DNA of 64,000 nucleotides from assembly GCA_965235115.1 (NCBI GenBank), contig OZ249436.1, positions 51,400,001-51,464,000 on the forward strand, given 5' to 3'. The notes under the pieces are model-generated. The model had not been told where the DNA came from and made no database searches. It saw only the letters and a list, made by a program, of their open reading frames with translations. Below are positions 1 to 12,977 of the stretch, in pieces. Position numbers and translations under genes: made by a program. How positions within the stretch are numbered: position 1 is the first letter of the stretch; each line of letters begins with the position of its first letter. Source of the stretch: Laetmonice hystrix (Eukaryota).

Positions 1-95
1 AGGGCTAAGGCTAAATTGCAGCCACGCTTTGGAAATAGCCATGATTCAAATAAAGAATCCGTCACCGAGTAGGGCCCCCGTCTCTATCCTGAAGC

Positions 96-167
96 GGTTC
101 CGTGGTGTAACGGTTAGCACTCAGGACTCTGAATCCTGCGATCCGAGTTCAAATCTCGGCGGAACCT
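96..167 (+). tRNA. tRNA-Gln(CTG)
   Basis: 72-nt cloverleaf GGTTCCG...CGGAACCT, loop CT-CTG-AA, B-box GTTCAAATC, T-run downstream. Confidence 0.97.
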
Positions 168-422
168 AAGGGTAATCTTTTTTACGATTTTTGAAAAAAA
201 TATTTGAAGTAGTAATTTCAATAGTTAAATGTTCACGCTCATCTCCCTAGATGAAATAACACTTTCCATAAATAAATGTCTGAAATTGTGATAACAGATT
301 GATGGTCCAGGATTATATCAGTGGTAGGGAATGAAAACATAGACGCACAAAACCGACATGAAAAGAAGAAAATAAGAGGTGCAATACCATAACTTAGTAC
401 CTATGGGAACTGTAATTAACTT

Positions 423-549
423 GTCTCTGTGGCGCAATCGGCTATCGCGTTAGGGTCACAATCTATTGTTGAGGTCTTTTTAATGCAGGGTGTTCCTTAT
501 AACGTCAGGAAGAGCATATGTTGGTACCGATGGCACAATTAGATAAATT
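423..549 (+). repeat. 127-bp sub-repeat (first of about 71 copies): 5' 31 nt of tRNA-Asn + fixed tail + TTTTT + tRNA-Asn 5' flank
   Basis: GTCTCTGTGGCGCAATCGGCTATCGCGTTAG-GGTCACAATCTATTGTTGAGGTCTTTTT. Occurs 1-3 times before every tRNA-Asn except the last (e.g. 2138, 2265, 2392 before 2519). Confidence 0.95.
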
Positions 550-623
550 GTCTCTGTGGCGCAATCGGCTAGCGCGTTAGAATGTTACTCTAAAGGTTGG
601 TGGTTCGAGCCCACCCAGGGACT
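550..623 (+). tRNA. tRNA-Asn(GTT), variant loop AT-GTT-AC
   Basis: 74-nt cloverleaf; positions 32 and 38 changed relative to the array consensus. Confidence 0.85.
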
Positions 624-889
624 TAATTTTTCCTAATCGCAGTGGGATTCCATTTTCTAACTGGATTTCTTTCAATGTCTATAAAATATATAGAGGAAGC
701 TCTTGCCAGAGTCAGACCGAGGAAGGTTCTGCTGATCACCTCTTACGTCCCTCTGAAAATATTCTAATTACGTTGACGCTGAGTCAATCAGCTTAGGGCT
801 AAGGCTAAATTGCAGCCACGCTTTGGAAATAGCCATGATTCAAATAAAGAATCCGTCACCGAGTAGGGCCCCCGTCTCTATCCTGAAGC

Positions 890-961
890 GGTTCCGTGGT
901 GTAACGGTTAGCACTCAGGACTCTGAATCCTGCGATCCGAGTTCAAATCTCGGCGGAACCT
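890..961 (+). tRNA. tRNA-Gln(CTG)
   Basis: consensus copy. Confidence 0.97.
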
Positions 962-1470
962 AAGAGTAGTCTTTTTCAAGATTTTTGAAAAAAATATTTG
1001 AAGTAGTAATTCCACGAGTTAAATGTTCACGCTCATCTCCCTAGATGAAATAACACTTTCCATAAATAAATGTCTGAAATTGTGATAACAGATTGATGGT
1101 CCAGGATTATATCAGTGGTAGGGAATGAAAACATAGACGCACAAAACCGACATGAAAAAAAGAAAATAAAAGGTGCAATACCATAACTTGGTACCTATTG
1201 AAACTGTAATTAACTTGTCTCTGTGGAGCAATGGGCTATCGCGTTAGGGTCACAATCTATTGTTGAGGTCTTTTTAATGCAGGGTGTTCCTTATAACGTC
1301 AGGAAGACCATAACTTGGTACCTATGGCACAATTAGATAACTTGTCTCTGTGGCGCAATCGGCTATCGCGTTAGGGTCACAATCTATTGTTGAGGTCTTT
1401 TTAATGCAGGGTGTTCCTTATAACGTCAGGAAGACCATAACTTGGTACCTATGGCATAATTAGATAACTT

Positions 1471-1544
1471 GTCTCTGTGGCGCAATCGGCTAGCGCGTTA
1501 GACTGTTAATCTAAAGGTTGGTGGTTCGAGCCCACCCAGGGACT
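1471..1544 (+). tRNA. tRNA-Asn(GTT)
   Basis: GTCTCTG...CAGGGACT cloverleaf, TTAGA-CTGTTAA-TCTAA arm, B-box GTTCGAGCC, TTTTT follows. Confidence 0.96.
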
Positions 1545-1810
1545 TAATTTTTCCTAATCGCAGTGGGATTCCATTTTCTAACTGGATTTCTTTCAATATC
1601 TCTAAAATATATAGAGGAAGCTCCTGCCAGAGTCAGACCGAGGAAGGCTCTGCTGATCACCTCTTACGTCCCTCTGAAAATATTCTAATAAAGTTGACGC
1701 TCAGTCAATCAGCTTAGGGCTAAGGCTAAATTGCAGCCACGCTTTGGAAATAGCCATGATTCAAATAAAGAATCCGTCACCGAGTAGGGCCCCCGTCTCT
1801 ATCCTGAAGC

Positions 1811-1882
1811 GGTTCCGTGGTGTAACGGTTAGCACTCAGGACTCTGAATCCTGCGATCCGAGTTCAAATTTCGGCGGAACCT
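1811..1882 (+). tRNA. tRNA-Gln(CTG), T-stem C>T variant
   Basis: ...CAAATTTCGG gives a G-U pair at the top of the T-stem. Confidence 0.88.
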
Positions 1883-2518
1883 AAGGGTATTCTTTTTTAC
1901 GATTTTTGAAAAAAATATTTGAAGTAGTAATTTCAATAGTTAAATGTTCACGCTCATCTCCCTAGATGAAATAACACTTTCCATAAATAAATGTCTGAAA
2001 TTGTGATAACAGATTGATGGTCCAGGATTATATCAGTGGTAGGGAATGAAAACATAGACGCACAAAACCGACATGAAAAGAAGAAAATAAGAGGTGCAAT
2101 ACCATAACTTAGTACCTATGGAAACTGTAATTAACTTGTCTCTGTGGAGCAATCGGCTATCGCGTTAGGGTCACAATCTATTGTTGAGGTTTTTTTAATG
2201 CAGGGTGTTCCTTATAACGTCAGCAAGACCATAATTTGGTACCTATGGCACAATTAGATAACTTGTCTCTGTGGCGCAATCGGCTATCGCGTTAGGGTCA
2301 CAATCTATTGTTGAGGTCTTTTTAATGCAGGGTGTTCCTTATAACGTCAGGAAGAGCATAGGTTGGTACCGATGGCACAATTAGATAACTTGTCTCTGTG
2401 GCGCAATCGGCTATCGCGTTAGGGTCACAATCTATTGTTGAGGTCTTTTTAATGCAGGGTGTTCCTTATAAAGTCAGGAAGAGCATATGTTGGTACCGAT
2501 GGCACAATTAGATAAATT

Positions 2519-2592
2519 GTCTCTGTGGCGCAATCGGCTAGCGCGTTAGACTGTTAATCTAAAGGTTGGTGGTTCGAGCCCACCCAGGGACT
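2519..2592 (+). tRNA. tRNA-Asn(GTT)
   Basis: consensus copy. Confidence 0.96.
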
Positions 2593-2858
2593 TAATTTTT
2601 CCTAATCGCAGTGGGATTCCATTTTCTAACTGGATTTCTTTCAATATCTATAAAATATATAGAGGAAGCTCTTGCCAGAGTCAGACAGAGGAAGGCTCTG
2701 CTGATCACCTCTTACGTCCCTCTGAAAATATTCTAATTACGTTGACGCTGAGTCAATCAGCTTAGGGTTAAGGCTAAATTGCAGCCACGCTTTGGAAATA
2801 GCCATGATTCAAATAAAGACTCCGTCACCGAGTAGGGCCCCCGTATCTATCCTGAAGC

Positions 2859-2930
2859 GGTTCCGTGGTGTAACGGTTAGCACTCAGGACTCTGAATCCT
2901 GCGATTCTAGTTCAAATCTCGGCAGAACCT
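2859..2930 (+). tRNA. tRNA-Gln(CTG), allele B (possible pseudogene)
   Basis: T-stem TCTAG/CTCGG and acceptor strand CAGAACC each introduce a mismatch. Confidence 0.75.
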
Positions 2931-3439
2931 AAAAGTAATCTTTTTCAAGATTTTTGAAAAAAATATTTGAAGTAGTAATTCCACGAGTTAAATGTTCACG
3001 CTCATCTCCCTAGATGAAATAACACTTTCCATAAATAAATGTCTGAAATTGTGATAACAGATTGATGGTCCAGGATTATATCAGTGGTAGGGAATGAAAA
3101 CATAGACGCACAAAACCGACATGAAAAGAAGAAAATAAGAGGTGCAATACCATAACTTGGTACCTATGGAAACTGTAATTAACTTGTCTCTGTGGAGCAA
3201 TCGGCTATCGCGTTAGGGTCACAATCTATTGTTGAGGTCTTTTTAATGCAGGGTGTTCCTTATAACGTCAGGAAGACCATAACTTGGTACCTATGGCACA
3301 ATTAGATAACTTGTCTCTGTGGCGCAATCGGCTATCGCGTTAGGGTCACAATCTATTGTTGAGGTCTTTTTAATGCAGGGTGTTCCTTATAACGTCAGGA
3401 AGACCATAACTTGGTACCTATGGCACAATTAGATAACTT

Positions 3440-3513
3440 GTCTCTGTGGCGCAATCGGCTAGCGCGTTAGACTGTTAATCTAAAGGTTGGTGGTTCGAGC
3501 CCACCCAGGGACT
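3440..3513 (+). tRNA. tRNA-Asn(GTT)
   Basis: consensus copy. Confidence 0.96.
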
Positions 3514-3779
3514 TAATTTTTCCTAATCGCAGTGGGATTCCATTTTCTAACTGGATTTCTTTCAATATCTCTAAAATATATAGAGGAAGCTCCTGCCAGA
3601 GTCAGACCGAGGAAGGCTCTGCTGATCACCTCTTACGTCCCTCTGAAAATATTCTAATAAAGTTGACGCTCAGTCAATCAGCTTAGGGCTAAGGCTAAAT
3701 TGCAGCCACGCTTTGGAAATAGCCATGATTCAAATAAAGAATCCGTCACCGAGTAGGGCCCCCGTCTCTATCCTGAAGC

Positions 3780-3851
3780 GGTTCCGTGGTGTAACGGTTA
3801 GCACTCAGGACTCTGAATCCTGCGATCCGAGTTCAAATCTCGGCGGAACCT
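3780..3851 (+). tRNA. tRNA-Gln(CTG)
   Basis: consensus copy. Confidence 0.97.
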
Positions 3852-4487
3852 AAGGGTAATCTTTTTTACGATTTTTGAAAAAAATATTTGAAGTAGTAAT
3901 TTCAATAGTTAAATGTTCACGCTCATCTCCCTAGATGAAATAACACTTTCCATAAATAAATGTCTGAAATTGTGATAACAGATTGATGGTCCAGGATTAT
4001 ATCAGTGGTAGGGAATGAAAACATAGACGCACAAAACCGACATGAAAAGAAGAAAATAAGAGGTGCAATACCATAACTTAGTACCTATGGAAACTGTAAT
4101 TAACTTGTCTCTGTGGAGCAATCGGCTATCGCGTTAGGGTCACAATCTATTGTTGAGGTTTTTTTAATGCAGGGTGTTCCTTATAACGTCAGCAAGACCA
4201 TAATTTGGTACCTATGGCACAATTAGATAACTTGTCTCTGTGGCGCAATCGGCTATCGCGTTAGGGTCACAATCTATTGTTGAGGTCTTTTTAATGCAGG
4301 GTGTTCCTTATAACGTCAGGAAGAGCATAATTTGGTACCTATGGCACAATTAGATAACTTGTCTCTGTGGCGCAATCGGCTATCGCGTTAGGGTCACAAT
4401 CTATTGTTGAGGTCTTTTTAATGCAGGGTGTTCCTTATAAAGTCAGGAAGAGCATATGTTGGTACCGATGGCACAATTAGATAAATT

Positions 4488-4561
4488 GTCTCTGTGGCGC
4501 AATCGGCTAGCGCGTTAGACTGTTAATCTAAAGGTTGGTGGTTCGAGCCCACCCAGGGACT
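4488..4561 (+). tRNA. tRNA-Asn(GTT)
   Basis: consensus copy. Confidence 0.96.
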
Positions 4562-4827
4562 TAATTTTTCCTAATCGCAGTGGGATTCCATTTTCTAACT
4601 GGATTTCTTTCAATATCTATAAAATATATAGAGGAAGCTCTTGCCAGAGTCAGACAGAGGAAGGCTCTGCTGATCACCTCTTACGTCCCTCTGAAAATAT
4701 TCTAATTACGTTGACGCTGAGTCAATCAGCTTAGGGTTAAGGCTAAATTGCAGCCACGCTTTGGAAATAGCCATGATTCAAATAAAGACTCCGTCACCGA
4801 GTAGGGCCCCCGTATCTATCCTGAAGC

Positions 4828-4899
4828 GGTTCCGTGGTGTAACGGTTAGCACTCAGGACTCTGAATCCTGCGATTCTAGTTCAAATCTCGGCAGAACCT
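4828..4899 (+). tRNA. tRNA-Gln(CTG), allele B (possible pseudogene)
   Basis: TTCTAG / CAGAACC variant. Confidence 0.75.
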
Positions 4900-5281
4900 A
4901 AAAGTAATCTTTTTCAAGATTTTTGAAAAAAATATTTGAAGTAGTAATTTCAATAGTTAAATGTTCACGCTCATCTCCCTAGATGAAATAACACTTTCCA
5001 TAAATAAATGTCTGAAATTGTGATAACAGATTGATGGTCCAGGATTATATCAGTGGTAGGGAATGAAAACATAGACGCACAAAACCGACATGAAAAGAAG
5101 AAAATAAGAGGTGCAATACCATAACTTAGTACCTATGGGAACTGTAATTAACTTGTCTCTGTGGCGCAATCGGCTATCGCGTTAGGGTCACAATCTATTG
5201 TTGAGGTCTTTTTAATGCAGGGTGTTCCTTATAACGTCAGGAAGAGCATATGTTGGTACCGATGGCACAATTAGATAAATT

Positions 5282-5355
5282 GTCTCTGTGGCGCAATCGG
5301 CTAGCGCGTTAGAATGTTACTCTAAAGGTTGGTGGTTCGAGCCCACCCAGGGACT
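5282..5355 (+). tRNA. tRNA-Asn(GTT), variant loop AT-GTT-AC
   Basis: same variant as 550. Confidence 0.85.
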
Positions 5356-5621
5356 TAATTTTTCCTAATCGCAGTGGGATTCCATTTTCTAACTGGATTT
5401 CTTTCAATATCTATAAAATATATAGAGGAAGCTCTTGCCAGAGTCAGACCGAGGAAGGTTCTGCTGATCACCTCTTACGTCCCTCTGAAAATATTCTAAT
5501 TACGTTGACGCTGAGTCAATCAGCTTAGGGCTAAGGCTAAATTGCAGCCACGCTTTGGAAATAGCCATGATTCAAATAAAGAATCCGTCACCGAGTAGGG
5601 CCCCCGTCTCTATCCTGAAGC

Positions 5622-5693
5622 GGTTCCGTGGTGTAACGGTTAGCACTCAGGACTCTGAATCCTGCGATCCGAGTTCAAATCTCGGCGGAACCT
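5622..5693 (+). tRNA. tRNA-Gln(CTG)
   Basis: consensus copy. Confidence 0.97.
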
Positions 5694-6202
5694 AAGAGTA
5701 ATCTTTTTCAAGATTTTTGAAAAAAATATTTGAAGTAGTAATTCCACGAGTTAAATGTTCACGCTCATCTCCCTAGATGAAATAACACTTTCCATAAATA
5801 AATGTCTGAAATTGTGATAACAGATTGATGGTCCAGGATTATATCAGTGGTAGGGAATGAAAACATAGACGCACAAAACCGACATGAAAAGAAGAAAATA
5901 AAAGGTGCAATACCATAACTTGGTACCTATTGAAACTGTAATTAACTTGTCTCTGTGGAGCAATGGGCTATCGCGTTAGGGTCACAATCTATTGTTGAGG
6001 TCTTTTTAATGCAGGGTGTTCCTTATAACGTCAGGAAGACCATAACTTGGTACCTATGGCACAATTAGATAACTTGTCTCTGTGGCGCAATCGGCTATCG
6101 CGTTAGGGTCACAATCTATTGTTGAGGTCTTTTTAATGCAGGGTGTTCCTTATAACGTCAGGAAGACCATAACTTGGTACCTATGGCACAATTAGATAAC
6201 TT

Positions 6203-6276
6203 GTCTCTGTGGCGCAATCGGCTAGCGCGTTAGACTGTTAATCTAAAGGTTGGTGGTTCGAGCCCACCCAGGGACT
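6203..6276 (+). tRNA. tRNA-Asn(GTT)
   Basis: consensus copy. Confidence 0.96.
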
Positions 6277-6542
6277 TAATTTTTCCTAATCGCAGTGGGA
6301 TTCCATTTTCTAACTGGATTTCTTTCAATATCTCTAAAATATATAGAGGAAGCTCCTGCCAGAGTCAGACCGAGGAAGGCTCTGCTGATCACCTCTTACG
6401 TCCCTCTGAAAATATTCTAATAAAGTTGACGCTCAGTCAATCAGCTTAGGGCTAAGGCTAAATTGCAGCCACGCTTTGGAAATAGCCATGATTCAAATAA
6501 AGAATCCGTCACCGAGTAGGGCCCCCGTCTCTATCCTGAAGC

Positions 6543-6614
6543 GGTTCCGTGGTGTAACGGTTAGCACTCAGGACTCTGAATCCTGCGATCCGAGTTCAAA
6601 TTTCGGCGGAACCT
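6543..6614 (+). tRNA. tRNA-Gln(CTG), T-stem C>T variant
   Basis: as 1811. Confidence 0.88.
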
Positions 6615-7250
6615 AAGGGTATTCTTTTTTACGATTTTTGAAAAAAATATTTGAAGTAGTAATTTCAATAGTTAAATGTTCACGCTCATCTCCCTAGATG
6701 AAATAACACTTTCCATAAATAAATGTCTGAAATTGTGATAACAGATTGATGGTCCAGGATTATATCAGTGGTAGGGAATGAAAACATAGACGCACAAAAC
6801 CGACATGAAAAGAAGAAAATAAGAGGTGCAATACCATAACTTAGTACCTATGGAAACTGTAATTAACTTGTCTCTGTGGAGCAATCGGCTATCGCGTTAG
6901 GGTCACAATCTATTGTTGAGGTTTTTTTAATGCAGGGTGTTCCTTATAACGTCAGGAAGACCATAATTTGGTACCTATGGCACAATTAGATAACTTGTCT
7001 CTGTGGCGCAATCGGCTATCGCGTTAGGGTCACAATCTATTGTTGAGGTCTTTTTAATGCAGGGTGTTCCTTATAACGTCAGGAAGAGCATAGGTTGGTA
7101 CCGATGGCACAATTAGATAACTTGTCTCTGTGGCGCAATCGGCTATCGCGTTAGGGTCACAATCTATTGTTGAGGTCTTTTTAATGCAGGGTGTTCCTTA
7201 TAAAGTCAGGAAGAGCATATGTTGGTACCGATGGCACAATTAGATAAATT

Positions 7251-7324
7251 GTCTCTGTGGCGCAATCGGCTAGCGCGTTAGACTGTTAATCTAAAGGTTG
7301 GTGGTTCGAGCCCACCCAAGGACT
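7251..7324 (+). tRNA. tRNA-Asn(GTT), acceptor-stem mismatch
   Basis: 3' strand CAAGGAC instead of CAGGGAC. Confidence 0.82.
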
Positions 7325-7590
7325 TAATTTTTCCTAATCGCAGTGGGATTCCATTTTCTAACTGGATTTCTTTCAATATCTATAAAATATATAGAGGAAG
7401 CTCTTGCCAGAGTCAGACAGAGGAAGGCTCTGCTGATCACCTCTTACGTCCCTCTGAAAATATTCTAATTACGTTGACGCTGAGTCAATCAGCTTAGGGT
7501 TAAGGCTAAATTGCAGCCACGCTTTGGAAATAGCCATGATTCAAATAAAGACTCCGTCACCGAGTAGGGCCCCCGTATCTATCCTGAAGC

Positions 7591-7662
7591 GGTTCCGTGG
7601 TGTAACGGTTAGCACTCAGGACTCTGAATCCTGCGATTCTAGTTCAAATCTCGGCAGAACCT
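7591..7662 (+). tRNA. tRNA-Gln(CTG), allele B (possible pseudogene)
   Basis: TTCTAG / CAGAACC variant. Confidence 0.75.
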
Positions 7663-8171
7663 AAAAGTAATCTTTTTCAAGATTTTTGAAAAAAATATTT
7701 GAAGTAGTAATTCCACGAGTTAAATGTTCACGCTCATCTCCCTAGATGAAATAACACTTTCCATAAATAAATGTCTGAAATTGTGATAACAGATTGATGG
7801 TCCAGGATTATATCAGTGGTAGGGAATGAAAACATAGACGCACAAAACCGACATGAAAAGAAGAAAATAAGAGGTGCAATACCATAACTTGGTACCTATG
7901 GAAACTGTAATTAACTTGTCTCTGTGGAGCAATGGGCTATCGCGTTAGGGTCACAATCTATTGTTGAGGTCTTTTTAATGCAGGGTGTTCCTTATAACGT
8001 CAGGAAGACCATAACTTGGTACCTATGGCACAATTAGATAACTTGTCTCTGTGGCGCAATCGGCTATCGCGTTAGGGTCACAATCTATTGTTGAGGTCTT
8101 TTTAATGCAGGGTGTTCCTTATAACGTCAGGAAGACCATAACTTGGTACCTATGGCACAATTAGATAACTT

Positions 8172-8245
8172 GTCTCTGTGGCGCAATCGGCTAGCGCGTT
8201 AGACTGTTAATCTAAAGGTTGGTGGTTCGAGCCCACCCAGGGACT
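8172..8245 (+). tRNA. tRNA-Asn(GTT)
   Basis: consensus copy. Confidence 0.96.
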
Positions 8246-8511
8246 TAATTTTTCCTAATCGCAGTGGGATTCCATTTTCTAACTGGATTTCTTTCAATAT
8301 CTCTAAAATATATAGAGGAAGCTCCTGCCAGAGTCAGACCGAGGAAGGCTCTGCTGATCACCTCTTACGTCCCTCTGAAAATATTCTAATAAAGTTGACG
8401 CTCAGTCAATCAGCTTAGGGCTAAGGCTAAATTGCAGCCACGCTTTGGAAATAGCCATGATTCAAATAAAGAATCCGTCACCGAGTAGGGCCCCCGTCTC
8501 TATCCTGAAGC

Positions 8512-8583
8512 GGTTCCGTGGTGTAACGGTTAGCACTCAGGACTCTGAATCCTGCGATCCGAGTTCAAATCTCGGCGGAACCT
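8512..8583 (+). tRNA. tRNA-Gln(CTG)
   Basis: consensus copy. Confidence 0.97.
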
Positions 8584-8965
8584 AAGGGTAATCTTTTTTA
8601 CGATTTTTGAAAAAAATATTTGAAGTAGTAATTTCAATAGTTAAATGTTCACGCTCATCTCCCTAGATGAAATAACACTTTCCATAAATAAATGTCTGAA
8701 ATTGTGATAACAGATTGATGGTCCAGGATTATATCAGTGGTAGGGAATGAAAACATAGACGCACAAAACCGACATGAAAAGAAGAAAATAAGAGGTGCAA
8801 TACCATAACTTAGTACCTATGGGAACTGTAATTAACTTGTCTCTGTGGCGCAATCGGCTATCGCGTTAGGGTCACAATCTATTGTTGAGGTCTTTTTAAT
8901 GCAGGGTGTTCCTTATAACGTCAGGAAGAGCATATGTTGGTACCGATGGCACAATTAGATAAATT

Positions 8966-9039
8966 GTCTCTGTGGCGCAATCGGCTAGCGCGTTAGAATG
9001 TTACTCTAAAGGTTGGTGGTTCGAGCCCACCCAGGGACT
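8966..9039 (+). tRNA. tRNA-Asn(GTT), variant loop AT-GTT-AC
   Basis: same variant as 550. Confidence 0.85.
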
Positions 9040-9305
9040 TAATTTTTCCTAATCGCAGTGGGATTCCATTTTCTAACTGGATTTCTTTCAATATCTATAA
9101 AATATATAGAGGAAGCTCTTGCCAGAGTCAGACCGAGGAAGGTTCTGCTGATCACCTCTTACGTCCCTCTGAAAATATTCTAATTACGTTGACGCTGAGT
9201 CAATCAGCTTAGGGCTAAGGCTAAATTGCAGCCACGCTTTGGAAATAGCCATGATTCAAATAAAGAATCCGTCACCGAGTAGGGCCCCCGTCTCTATCCT
9301 GAAGC

Positions 9306-9377
9306 GGTTCCGTGGTGTAACGGTTAGCACTCAGGACTCTGAATCCTGCGATCCGAGTTCAAATCTCGGCGGAACCT
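9306..9377 (+). tRNA. tRNA-Gln(CTG)
   Basis: consensus copy. Confidence 0.97.
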
Positions 9378-9886
9378 AAGAGTAATCTTTTTCAAGATTT
9401 TTGAAAAAAATATTTGAAGTAGTAATTCCACGAGTTAAATGTTCACGCTCATCTCCCTAGATGAAATAACACTTTCCATAAATAAATGTCTGAAATTGTG
9501 ATAACAGATTGATGGTCCAGGATTATATCAGTGGTAGGGAATGAAAACATAGACGCACAAAACCGACATGAAAAGAAGAAAATAAAAGGTGCAATACCAT
9601 AACTTGGTACCTATTGAAACTGTAATTAACTTGTCTCTGTGGAGCAATGGGCTATCGCGTTAGGGTCACAATCTATTGTTGAGGTCTTTTTAATGCAGGG
9701 TGTTCCTTATAACGTCAGGAAGACCATAACTTGGTACCTATGGCACAATTAGATAACTTGTCTCTGTGGCGCAATCGGCTATCGCGTTAGGGTCACAATC
9801 TATTGTTGAGGTCTTTTTAATGCAGGGTGTTCCTTATAACGTCAGGAAGACCATAACTTGGTACCTATGGCATAATTAGATAACTT

Positions 9887-9960
9887 GTCTCTGTGGCGCA
9901 ATCGGCTAGCGCGTTAGACTGTTAATCTAAAGGTTGGTGGTTCGAGCCCACCCAGGGACT
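9887..9960 (+). tRNA. tRNA-Asn(GTT)
   Basis: consensus copy. Confidence 0.96.
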
Positions 9961-10226
9961 TAATTTTTCCTAATCGCAGTGGGATTCCATTTTCTAACTG
10001 GATTTCTTTCAATATCTCTAAAATATATAGAGGAAGCTCCTGCCAGAGTCAGACCGAGGAAGGCTCTGCTGATCACCTCTTACGTCCCTCTGAAAATATT
10101 CTAATAAAGTTGACGCTCAGTCAATCAGCTTAGGGCTAAGGCTAAATTGCAGCCACGCTTTGGAAATAGCCATGATTCAAATAAAGAATCCGTCACCGAG
10201 TAGGGCCCCCGTCTCTATCCTGAAGC

Positions 10227-10298
10227 GGTTCCGTGGTGTAACGGTTAGCACTCAGGACTCTGAATCCTGCGATCCGAGTTCAAATTTCGGCGGAACCT
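10227..10298 (+). tRNA. tRNA-Gln(CTG), T-stem C>T variant
   Basis: as 1811. Confidence 0.88.
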
Positions 10299-10934
10299 AA
10301 GGGTATTCTTTTTTACGATTTTTGAAAAAAATATTTGAAGTAGTAATTTCAATAGTTAAATGTTCACGCTCATCTCCCTAGATGAAATAACACTTTCCAT
10401 AAATAAATGTCTGAAATTGTGATAACAGATTGATGGTCCAGGATTATATCAGTGGTAGGGAATGAAAACATAGACGCACAAAACCGACATGAAAAGAAGA
10501 AAATAAGAGGTGCAATACCATAACTTAGTACCTATGGAAACTGTAATTAACTTGTCTCTGTGGAGCAATCGGCTATCGCGTTAGGGTCACAATCTATTGT
10601 TGAGGTTTTTTTAATGCAGGGTGTTCCTTATAACGTCAGCAAGACCATAATTTGGTACCTATGGCACAATTAGATAACTTGTCTCTGTGGCGCAATCGGC
10701 TATCGCGTTAGGGTCACAATCTATTGTTGAGGTCTTTTTAATGCAGGGTGTTCCTTATAACGTCAGGAAGAGCATAGGTTGGTACCGATGGCACAATTAG
10801 ATAACTTGTCTCTGTGGCGCAATCGGCTATCGCGTTAGGGTCACAATCTATTGTTGAGGTCTTTTTAATGCAGGGTGTTCCTTATAAAGTCAGGAAGAGC
10901 ATATGTTGGTACCGATGGCACAATTAGATAAATT

Positions 10935-11008
10935 GTCTCTGTGGCGCAATCGGCTAGCGCGTTAGACTGTTAATCTAAAGGTTGGTGGTTCGAGCCCACC
11001 CAGGGACT
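10935..11008 (+). tRNA. tRNA-Asn(GTT)
   Basis: consensus copy. Confidence 0.96.
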
Positions 11009-11274
11009 TAATTTTTCCTAATCGCAGTGGGATTCCATTTTCTAACTGGATTTCTTTCAATATCTATAAAATATATAGAGGAAGCTCTTGCCAGAGTCAG
11101 ACAGAGGAAGGCTCTGCTGATCACCTCTTACGTCCCTCTGAAAATATTCTAATTACGTTGACGCTGAGTCAATCAGCTTAGGGTTAAGGCTAAATTGCAG
11201 CCACGCTTTGGAAATAGCCATGATTCAAATAAAGACTCCGTCACCGAGTAGGGCCCCCGTATCTATCCTGAAGC

Positions 11275-11346
11275 GGTTCCGTGGTGTAACGGTTAGCACT
11301 CAGGACTCTGAATCCTGCGATTCTAGTTCAAATCTCGGCAGAACCT
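11275..11346 (+). tRNA. tRNA-Gln(CTG), allele B (possible pseudogene)
   Basis: TTCTAG / CAGAACC variant. Confidence 0.75.
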
Positions 11347-11855
11347 AAAAGTAATCTTTTTCAAGATTTTTGAAAAAAATATTTGAAGTAGTAATTCCAC
11401 GAGTTAAATGTTCACGCTCATCTCCCTAGATGAAATAACACTTTCCATAAATAAATGTCTGAAATTGTGATAACAGATTGATGGTCCAGGATTATATCAG
11501 TGGTAGGGAATGAAAACATAGACGCACAAAACCGACATGAAAAGAAGAAAATAAGAGGTGCAATACCATAACTTGGTACCTATGGAAACTGTAATTAACT
11601 TGTCTCTGTGGAGCAATCGGCTATCGCGTTAGGGTCACAATCTATTGTTGAGGTCTTTTTAATGCAGGGTGTTCCTTATAACGTCAGGAAGACCATAACT
11701 TGGTACCTATGGCACAATTAGATAACTTGTCTCTGTGGCGCAATCGGCTATCGCGTTAGGGTCACAATCTATTGTTGAGGTCTTTTTAATGCAGGGTGTT
11801 CCTTATAACGTCAGGAAGACCATAACTTGGTACCTATGGCACAATTAGATAACTT

Positions 11856-11929
11856 GTCTCTGTGGCGCAATCGGCTAGCGCGTTAGACTGTTAATCTAAA
11901 GGTTGGTGGTTCGAGCCCACCCAGGGACT
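11856..11929 (+). tRNA. tRNA-Asn(GTT)
   Basis: consensus copy. Confidence 0.96.
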
Positions 11930-12195
11930 TAATTTTTCCTAATCGCAGTGGGATTCCATTTTCTAACTGGATTTCTTTCAATATCTCTAAAATATATAGA
12001 GGAAGCTCCTGCCAGAGTCAGACCGAGGAAGGCTCTGCTGATCACCTCTTACGTCCCTCTGAAAATATTCTAATAAAGTTGACGCTCAGTCAATCAGCTT
12101 AGGGCTAAGGCTAAATTGCAGCCACGCTTTGGAAATAGCCATGATTCAAATAAAGAATCCGTCACCGAGTAGGGCCCCCGTCTCTATCCTGAAGC

Positions 12196-12267
12196 GGTTC
12201 CGTGGTGTAACGGTTAGCACTCAGGACTCTGAATCCTGCGATCCGAGTTCAAATCTCGGCGGAACCT
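12196..12267 (+). tRNA. tRNA-Gln(CTG)
   Basis: consensus copy. Confidence 0.97.
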
Positions 12268-12903
12268 AAGGGTAATCTTTTTTACGATTTTTGAAAAAAA
12301 TATTTGAAGTAGTAATTTCAATAGTTAAATGTTCACGCTCATCTCCCTAGATGAAATAACACTTTCCATAAATAAATGTCTGAAATTGTGATAACAGATT
12401 GATGGTCCAGGATTATATCAGTGGTAGGGAATGAAAACATAGACGCACAAAACCGACATGAAAAGAAGAAAATAAGAGGTGCAATACCATAACTTAGTAC
12501 CTATGGAAACTGTAATTAACTTGTCTCTGTGGAGCAATCGGCTATCGCGTTAGGGTCACAATCTATTGTTGAGGTTTTTTTAATGCAGGGTGTTCCTTAT
12601 AACGTCAGCAAGACCATAATTTGGTACCTATGGCACAATTAGATAACTTGTCTCTGTGGCGCAATCGGCTATCGCGTTAGGGTCACAATCTATTGTTGAG
12701 GTCTTTTTAATGCAGGGTGTTCCTTATAACGTCAGGAAGAGCATAATTTGGTACCTATGGCACAATTAGATAACTTGTCTCTGTGGCGCAATCGGCTATC
12801 GCGTTAGGGTCACAATCTATTGTTGAGGTCTTTTTAATGCAGGGTGTTCCTTATAAAGTCAGGAAGAGCATATGTTGGTACCGATGGCACAATTAGATAA
12901 ATT

Positions 12904-12977
12904 GTCTCTGTGGCGCAATCGGCTAGCGCGTTAGACTGTTAATCTAAAGGTTGGTGGTTCGAGCCCACCCAGGGACT
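12904..12977 (+). tRNA. tRNA-Asn(GTT)
   Basis: consensus copy. Confidence 0.96.

Noticed and set aside
624..889. Possible third RNA gene (5S, snRNA) in the array spacers
   Set aside because: No recognisable 5S, U-snRNA or tRNA motif on either strand, only short hairpins. An Infernal/Rfam scan would settle it.
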